Source: Verrucomicrobiota bacterium (GTDB lineage: Bacteria > Verrucomicrobiota > Verrucomicrobiia > Limisphaerales > UBA11358). Taken from it: DNA of 52,442 nt. The translations under genes and the position numbers were made by a program. The stretch is from contig JBEKON010000003.1 in NCBI GenBank assembly GCA_049521735.1, forward strand, positions 1 to 52,442, read 5' to 3'. Of this stretch, positions 47,714 to 52,442 are shown piece after piece (position 1 is the first letter of the stretch; every line of letters starts with the position of its first letter). Below the pieces are notes generated by a model that saw only the letters and a program-made list of their open reading frames with translations, ran no database searches and was not told the DNA's origin.

Positions 47714-49858
47714 CTATCTGAATTTCCCCGACTTGCGATAACTTGCAGGTTTTGTTTCCCCGGTTGACGAGGTATCGCCAATCATGCGTTTGAGTTCCTT
47801 GATCTGGTCGCGGAGCAGGGCGGCTTTCTCGAATTTCAAATCGTTTGCGGCAGTGAGCATTTCCGTTTCGAGTTCGCTGATGGTTTCGGTCAGGTCCACG
47901 TCCATGCCGGCGTCTTTGAGAACCGATGCGCCTGCTTCGCGCTTTGATTCGTAAGTGGCAAGGCTTTCTTCAACGGCGCGGCTGACACTGCGCGGCGTAA
48001 TATGGTGTTCCTTGTTGTAGGCAATTTGCTTTTGGCGGCGATATTCGGTGACGGCAAGAAATCGTTTGATGCTGTTGGTCATCACGTCGGCGTAGAGGAT
48101 CACTTCGCCGTTGAGATGGCGCGCGGCGCGGCCCGCGGTCTGAATCAGGCTCGTTTCGCTGCGCAGGAAACCTTCCTTGTCCGCGTCGAGAATCGCGACG
48201 AGCGAGACTTCCGGCAAATCGAGTCCCTCGCGCAACAAATTGATGCCGACGAGCACGTCAAACTCGCCCTTGCGCAACGCGCGCAAAATCTCGACGCGCT
48301 CGATGGCGTCAATCTCACTGTGGAGGTAGCGCACGTTCACGCCGATGTTGCGAAGATAATCGGTCAGTTCCTCGGAGGTGCGCTTGGTGAGCGTGGTGAC
48401 GAGCACGCGCTCCTTCGTGTCGGCGCGCTTGCGGCATTCCTCAATGAGATCGTCAATCTGGCCTTTGAGCGGTTTGAGCGTGACCTTTGGGTCAATAAGG
48501 CCGGTCGGTCGAACGACGAGTTCCACGACGCCGGGTTGTCCACCAACTCCCTCTCCTCCGCGAAGTGGAGGAGAGGGCTGGGGCGAGGAGGTGCTTTTGT
48601 TGAGCTGCCCCTCTCCCCGCTCCTGCGTCGCGGGGCGAGGGAGAATAAAACTTTGCCGCGACCATTCCAATTCCCGTGCTGCCGGGGTCGCACTGGCGTA
48701 AATCGTCTGGTCTTGCATCGCCTGGAATTCCAGAAAGTTCAACGGCCGATTATCCAGCGCGCTCGGCAGACGGAACCCGTAATCCACCAGCACCGTTTTG
48801 CGCGAGCGGTCGCCCTCGAACATCCCGCCGATTTGCGGCACGGTGGCGTGCGATTCGTCAATCACCAGCAGGTAATCGTCCGGGAAAAAATCAATGACGG
48901 TCGCCGGACGCGAGCCGGGCGGGCGGCCGGCGATGTGCCGGGAATAATTCTCGATGCCGGAACAAACGCCCATTTCCTCCATCATTTCGAGGTCGTATTC
49001 GGTCCGCTGCTTGATGCGCTGGGCCTCGAGCAGTTTGCCGTGTTTCTCGAACCACGCGATGCGCTCGCCGAGTTCCTCGCGGATGGTGAGGATGGCGCGC
49101 TTCAGTTTGTCGCTGGTGGTGACGAATTGTTTTCCTGGAAAAATGGTGACCGCGTCGAGCGATTCGATTTTATTTCCTGTGAGCGGCTCGAACCGCGTGA
49201 GGCGCTCGATTTGCTCGCCGAAAAATTCAATGCGCAGCGCGTCTTCGCGACCGGCAGGATGGATTTCCACCGTGTCGCCGCGCACGCGGAAATTGCCGCG
49301 CTCAAACGCGATGTCGTTCCGGTCGTATTGCAAATCCACCAGGCGCGCGAGGAATTGCTCGCGCGAAATTTCCTGCCCGACGCGAATGGGAATGATCATC
49401 GCCTCGTAATCCTCCTTGCTGCCGATGCCGTAGATGCACGACACGCTGGCGACGACAATCACATCGCGCCGCGAAAACAGCGAACTCATGGTCGAGAGCC
49501 GCATCCGCTCGATTTCCTCGTTCCGGCTGGAATCCTTTTCGATGAATGTGTCAGTGCGTGGGATGTAGGCTTCCGGCTGGTAATAATCAAAATAGCTGAC
49601 GAAATATTCGACGGCGTTGTTGGGAAAAAAACTTTTAAACTCGGCGTAAAGCTGCGCGGCGAGCGTCTTGTTGTGCGAGATGACCAGCGTCGGCTTGTCC
49701 ACGTTTTTGATGACATTGGCGATGGTGAACGTTTTGCCGGAACCGGTGACGCCGAGCAGCGTTTGATGCCGTGCACCGGACAAAATGCCGTCGGTCAGCT
49801 TCGTAATCGCCTGCGGCTGGTCACCGGCCGGTTGATAGGGCGCTACAAGTTCGAACAT
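47714..49858 (-). CDS. uvrB: Excinuclease ABC subunit B
   Basis: GVTGSGKT, YFVSYFDYYQPEAY, DESH, SATP, RPTGL, REGLD, QTAGRAAR, C-terminal UVR domain. Confidence 0.99.
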   Translation of the reverse strand: MFELVAPYQPAGDQPQAITKLTDGILSGARHQTLLGVTGSGKTFTIANVIKNVDKPTLVISHNKTLAAQLYAEFKSFFPNNAVEYFVSYFDYYQPEAYIPRTDTFIEKDSSRNEEIERMRLSTMSSLFSRRDVIVVASVSCIYGIGSKEDYEAMIIPIRVGQEISREQFLARLVDLQYDRNDIAFERGNFRVRGDTVEIHPAGREDALRIEFFGEQIERLTRFEPLTGNKIESLDAVTIFPGKQFVTTSDKLKRAILTIREELGERIAWFEKHGKLLEAQRIKQRTEYDLEMMEEMGVCSGIENYSRHIAGRPPGSRPATVIDFFPDDYLLVIDESHATVPQIGGMFEGDRSRKTVLVDYGFRLPSALDNRPLNFLEFQAMQDQTIYASATPAARELEWSRQSFILPRPATQERGEGQLNKSTSSPQPSPPLRGGEGVGGQPGVVELVVRPTGLIDPKVTLKPLKGQIDDLIEECRKRADTKERVLVTTLTKRTSEELTDYLRNIGVNVRYLHSEIDAIERVEILRALRKGEFDVLVGINLLREGLDLPEVSLVAILDADKEGFLRSETSLIQTAGRAARHLNGEVILYADVMTNSIKRFLAVTEYRRQKQIAYNKEHHITPRSVSRAVEESLATYESKREAGASVLKDAGMDVDLTETISELETEMLTAANDLKFEKAALLRDQIKELKRMIGDTSSTGETKPASYRKSGKFR
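48547..48643. mobile_element. CCCTCTCC double-hairpin element in frame within uvrB
   Basis: CCCTCTCCTCC / GGAGGAGAGGG (perfect 11 bp) and CCCTCTCCCCGC / GCGGGGCGAGGG (11 of 12). Confidence 0.82.
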
Positions 49859-49866
49859 GCCCTGCG

Positions 49867-49895
49867 AAAGTAGGAGCGGGATTGCCGGGTGTCAA
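49867..49895 (-). promoter_or_regulatory. Sigma70-type promoter of uvrB (near-leaderless)
   Basis: TTGACA, 17 nt spacer, TACTTT on the minus strand, 8 nt before the ATG. Confidence 0.65.
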
Positions 49896-49953
49896 CGAAG
49901 GCTTCGGGATTGAAACGTTCGGGGATTTCCGTAAGCTCCGATGCCAAGCAACC

Positions 49954-50829
49954 GTGAAAACATTTTTTGCCTCGGCCATTTTGCTTTTGTCGCCGGTTTT
50001 GTCCCACACTGAAATGCAGACTCCCATTCCACTCTGGCCCGGCGGCGCACCCGGCGCGCTCGGCAAAACCACCAACGATATTCCCACGCTCACGCCGTAT
50101 CTGCCCCAGCCGGCAAAAGCGACGGGCGCGGCCATGGTGATTTGTCCGGGCGGCGCCTATCAAATCCTCGCGCCGCATGAGGGAGAGGATTATGCGCTCT
50201 GGCTGAATAAGCACGGCGTGGCTTGTTTCGTGTTGAAATATCGCCTTGGCTCAAATGGCTACCGCCATCCGGCGATGCTGCAGGATGCCGCGCGCGCGGT
50301 GCGGCTGGTCCGGGCGAGGGCGGCGGACTGGAAAATTGACGTGAAACGCGTCGGCATCATGGGTTCATCAGCGGGAGGGCATCTGGCGTCCACGTTGATG
50401 ACGCATTTTGATTCCGGCAACACGAACTCAAATGACCCGATTGAACGGCAAAGCTCGCGGCCGGACATCGGCATTTTGTGCTACCCGGTTATTACAATGG
50501 GCGAATATACCCATCGGACTTCAAAGAAAAATCTGATCGGCAAACATCCGTCACGGAAGCTGGTCAAGTTGCTTTCCAGCGAACTGCAAGTGACGACCAA
50601 TACGCCGCCATGTTTCATTTGGACGACGTTTGAAGACGAGAGCGTTCCCATGGAGAACAGCCTGATGTTTGCCGAGGCGCTGCGAAAGGCTGGCGTGCCG
50701 TTCGATCTACATATTTACGAAAATGGCAAACACGGCATGGGCTTAGGCGACAAACCGCCGTTCACGCATCCGCATCAGTGGGCCGGCGATTGTTTGTTCT
50801 GGCTGAAAGCGCAGAATTTCGTGAAATAA
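49954..50829 (+). CDS. Secreted alpha/beta hydrolase (carbohydrate esterase-like)
   Basis: PLWPGGAPG, CPGGAY, GSSAGG, ED.SV, HGMG. Confidence 0.88.
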   Translation: MKTFFASAILLLSPVLSHTEMQTPIPLWPGGAPGALGKTTNDIPTLTPYLPQPAKATGAAMVICPGGAYQILAPHEGEDYALWLNKHGVACFVLKYRLGSNGYRHPAMLQDAARAVRLVRARAADWKIDVKRVGIMGSSAGGHLASTLMTHFDSGNTNSNDPIERQSSRPDIGILCYPVITMGEYTHRTSKKNLIGKHPSRKLVKLLSSELQVTTNTPPCFIWTTFEDESVPMENSLMFAEALRKAGVPFDLHIYENGKHGMGLGDKPPFTHPHQWAGDCLFWLKAQNFVK

Positions 50830-50831
50830 TT

Positions 50832-50858
50832 CACCACAAAGACACGAAGGCACAAAGG
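50832..50858 (+). repeat. Octamer array after the hydrolase stop
   Basis: CACAAAGA CACGAAGG CACAAAGG; resembles the units at 15204 and 41343. Confidence 0.6.
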
Positions 50859-51148
50859 AAACGGAATTATTCTCGACAAAAGTGGCTGTCAAGAAATCGC
50901 GTCTGACTTGTGGGGAAAATCAGACTACCTATCCGCACGGGCGTTAAAAAATCTTGCAATTCCGGGCGTTTCCCTTATTCTCTGTTTTGCCTGAACGCCG
51001 CGTGTGTGGATGTTCATTGAGGCTGAGAAAAAATAGTTAAACCAACAACCTAACAGTCAACCTCCGTTGCCGTTAGCAGCGATCTCGCCTCGGCGAAGCG
51101 TTCGCGAAGACGGGTGGTAGTTAGGCAATGGAGCTTCGGTCCGGTTAT

Positions 51149-51208
51149 TTTGGAGTGCGCGGACGCGTCCGCGCTTTTAAAGCGGCGACATGTCGCCGCA
51201 GTCCATAA
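51149..51208. repeat. TGGA-ended REP-like doublet upstream of rpsA
   Basis: Two perfect 18-bp palindromes GCGCGGACGCGTCCGCGC (51157-51174) and GCGGCGACATGTCGCCGC (51182-51199) inside TTTGGAGT...AGTCCATAA. Confidence 0.8.
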
Positions 51209-51243
51209 TGCTGGACAAAGTCTCCCACAGTTCAAACACAGTT

Positions 51244-52442
51244 ATGCTCACAATGGAAGAAGCCATGAAGCAAAGCGCGATGCGTTTTGTGGCAGGCGAA
51301 ATCGTCAAAGGCAAGATTATCGAAGTCCGCCCGAAGGAAGTTTTGGTGGACATCGGCTACAAAAGCGAGGGCGTCATCCCCGCCAATGAATTTCAAGACA
51401 TCAAAGCCATGAAAGTCGGCGATGAAATTGATGTCCTTATTGAAAAACTGGAGAACAAGGAAGGCATAGTTGTCCTGTCATACGAAAAGGCGGAGTTTAA
51501 GAAGAACTGGGACAAGATCCTGACGATTTGCAACGAAGGCGGCGTCATCACCGGCAAGGTCAAATCCATCGTCAAAGGCGGCTTGGTCGTCAATGTGGGC
51601 GTCGAGGCGTTTTTGCCCGCGTCGCAGATTGATGTCATCACACCGAAGAACCTCGCGCAATTTGTCGGCAACAGCTACGAATTCAAAGTCGTCAAAATCA
51701 ACCAGGACCGGCAGAACATTGTTCTTTCACGCCGCGAGTTGATCGAACAGGAACGCGATGAGAAACGTTCAAAGTTGCTGGCCGAAATGGTGCCGGGCGA
51801 CATCCGCAAGGGCACGGTCAAGAACATCACTGATTTCGGCGCGTTCATTGACCTCAACGGCATTGATGGCCTGTTGCACATCACGGACATCAGTTGGGGG
51901 CGCATCGCGCATCCGTCGGAAATCCTCAAAGTCGGTCAGGAAATTGACGTGGTTGTGCTTGATGTGAACAAGGAAAAGGAACGCGTCAGCCTTGGCCTCA
52001 AGCAAAAGATGGCCAACCCGTGGGACAACATCGAAACGAAATTCCCCGTCGGTGCGCGTGTCAAAGGCAGGGTCGTCAGCCTCGTGCCTTACGGCGCATT
52101 TGTGCAACTCGAGCCGGGCGTTGAAGGTCTCGTTCACGTCACTGAACTTTCCTGGACGAAGCGCGTGGCCAAACCCAGTGACATTCTCAAGCAGAACCAG
52201 GAAATTGAAGCGGTCGTGCTGGGCATCAACCGTGAGGAACAGAAAATTTCCCTCGGCATTCGCCAGCTTGAATCCAATCCGTGGGACACCGCTGGACAAA
52301 AATATTCGACCGGCACCCGCGTCAAGGGCAAGGTGCGCAATCTCACAAGCTATGGCGCGTTTGTGGAATTGGAAGAGGGCATTGACGGCATGATTCACGT
52401 GTCCGACATGTCGTGGACGCGCAAAATCAATCATCCGTCCGA
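51244..52442 (+). CDS. rpsA: 30S ribosomal protein S1, runs off the window end (missing from the ORF track)
   Basis: Manual translation MLTMEEAM...VDIGYKSEG...AFLPASQID...NITDFGAF.DL.GIDGLLHITD.SW with repeated S1 domains. Confidence 0.97.
   Translation, partial: MLTMEEAMKQSAMRFVAGEIVKGKIIEVRPKEVLVDIGYKSEGVIPANEFQDIKAMKVGDEIDVLIEKLENKEGIVVLSYEKAEFKKNWDKILTICNEGGVITGKVKSIVKGGLVVNVGVEAFLPASQIDVITPKNLAQFVGNSYEFKVVKINQDRQNIVLSRRELIEQERDEKRSKLLAEMVPGDIRKGTVKNITDFGAFIDLNGIDGLLHITDISWGRIAHPSEILKVGQEIDVVVLDVNKEKERVSLGLKQKMANPWDNIETKFPVGARVKGRVVSLVPYGAFVQLEPGVEGLVHVTELSWTKRVAKPSDILKQNQEIEAVVLGINREEQKISLGIRQLESNPWDTAGQKYSTGTRVKGKVRNLTSYGAFVELEEGIDGMIHVSDMSWTRKINHPS

Noticed and set aside
48002-49873. 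623-aa ORF on the plus strand
   Set aside because: Antisense shadow of uvrB with no recognisable motifs; typical of GC-rich codon bias. The same applies to 36883-37920, 37993-39069 and 33203-34408.

Overview
Bacterial chromosomal window made mostly of housekeeping genes. Protein style and gene content suggest Verrucomicrobiota of the Pedosphaera type; this is an inference. It contains dnaA with a probable oriC, purH, polX, thiD, queE, rsmA, clpP, glnB, ileS, hldD, asd, exbBD/tonB-like genes, tRNA-Pro(CGG), trmB, uvrB and the start of rpsA. Other loci are a Wzc/OPX/beta-barrel polysaccharide export module, a homospermidine cluster (aguA, hss, ornithine/lysine decarboxylase), a YknWXYZ-like ABC system, a SNF2 helicase and several secreted proteins. 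No prophage, CRISPR array or transposase was seen. The most striking feature is a dense set of short repeat elements from several unrelated families: GTAG-type REP doublets, CCCTCTCC hairpins, and inverted 7-, 8- and 10-mer arrays. About nine sit in frame inside conserved genes (ileS x2, uvrB, aguA, aminotransferase x2, queE, rsmA x2) and add peptide inserts. Others supply stop codons or terminators. Further oddities: a Walker A K-to-R Wzc, HIGT/KISKS motifs and low-GC patches in IleRS, a 15-bp direct repeat flanking clpP, a shared C-terminal F(F/Y)R domain on unrelated secreted proteins, a BLIP-II-like propeller, and a membrane methyltransferase-TPR fusion that appears to have truncated a resident gene.
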